Assembly: GCF_006345805.1 (NCBI RefSeq)
Contig: NC_043004.1
Location: 25,296,001 to 25,360,000 of the forward strand
Direction of reading: 5' to 3'
From: Octopus sinensis
Taxonomy: Eukaryota
Length of the DNA stretch: 64,000 nt
The translations under genes were made by a program, and so were the position numbers. The notes below the pieces were generated by a model. The model made no database searches. It was not told the origin of the DNA and was given only the letters and a program-made list of their open reading frames with translations. Below, one piece after another: positions 63,208 to 64,000 of this stretch. Positions within the stretch are counted from its first letter, which is position 1, and every line of letters begins with the position of its first letter.

Positions 63208-63420
63208 TGTGTGTGTGTGTGTGTGAGTGCGTGTGTGCCTTTGAGTCTGTGTTTTCCCCCATCACCGTTTGACACCCGGTGTTGTTTATGTCCCCGTGTC
63301 CCCGTAACCTAGCAGTTCGGCAAAAGTGACCGATATAATTAGTAGGAAGCTTAAGAAATAAGTGCCGGGGTTGATTTGTTCGACTAAAATCCCTCAAGCC
63401 GGTGCTCCAGCATGGCCGAA
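63071..63420 (+). mobile_element. SINE family A with internal deletion
   Basis: ggcgcaggcgtggctgtg...cggccgaccaaagccttg...(TG)n...ggtgctccagcatggccg. Confidence 0.8.
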
Positions 63421-64000
63421 GAAATGTAAAGGTACATAAAATGTCACACAAAAAATATCTTGACTTATTGAAATTATATTCTCTTGGTGAGAAAAATAAA
63501 CATGTGGCAAAGGGAGATAATCTCAAAAATCAAGACCTTGCTTTAAGGAAAAAACAGTTTGATAGCTTGAAGACAAGCGGATAGCTATGGACATGTGCTT
63601 ATGCATCTTTAGACGTAATCAATAACCAATACAGTAACTGACTTAAATGTGGTGTAGATTTATTAAGGTAAACGTGATTAAAAATGTCAAAGGTTATTTA
63701 TATCCACTCATGTCACGGCATATCTATGTGTGTGTCTTATGTTGTGTTTATTCCCCCACCACCACCACCACCACCACCACCACAACCGCTTGACAATGGG
63801 TGTTGGCTTGTTTAGCGGTTCGGCAAAAGAATGAGTACTGATGTAGATTTGCTGGTCGCATCGGAGTTGTAGTCGAATACACTTGCTTTGGGTGCTATAC
63901 AATGAGGCTGAAACTGAACCCATGACCACATGATTGAGCCCTAGATAAAAAAAAAAAAAGAGGTGGGGCTTCAAGCTGGTATCCCAGTATGGCTGCAGTT

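Overview
AT-rich, repeat-dominated intergenic/intronic eukaryotic DNA. The SINE families and microsatellite load look like an octopus genome; this is recognition from memory and was not verified. Two convincing host protein-coding genes are present, each with a single coding exon. One is a minus-strand secreted, probably GPI-anchored, atypical LRR protein (8679-9578). The other is a plus-strand cytoplasmic LRR protein (56374-57150). The rest is tRNA-derived SINEs (four families here called A-D), decayed non-LTR retrotransposons (R4/Dong-like RLE, RTE, Tx1/L1, Penelope-like), a Gypsy remnant, DNA transposons (Tc1 DD34E, mariner DD34D, Chapaev3-like, Tigger-like and Tc1 MITEs, a Helitron) and long microsatellites. 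Most short ORFs in the supplied track are microsatellite translations. No rRNA, true tRNA or CRISPR array was seen. The most notable unexplained structures are: minimal hammerhead-ribozyme-like motifs; apparent microsatellite targeting by R4-like and Tx1-like elements; a SINE with a twin-priming inversion; a bipartite RTE derivative next to a matching RTE; a perfect 449-bp palindrome; and the VLR-like architecture of the surface LRR gene. Coordinates were counted by hand. TIR, TSD and CDS ends should be close to exact; decayed element edges are approximate.
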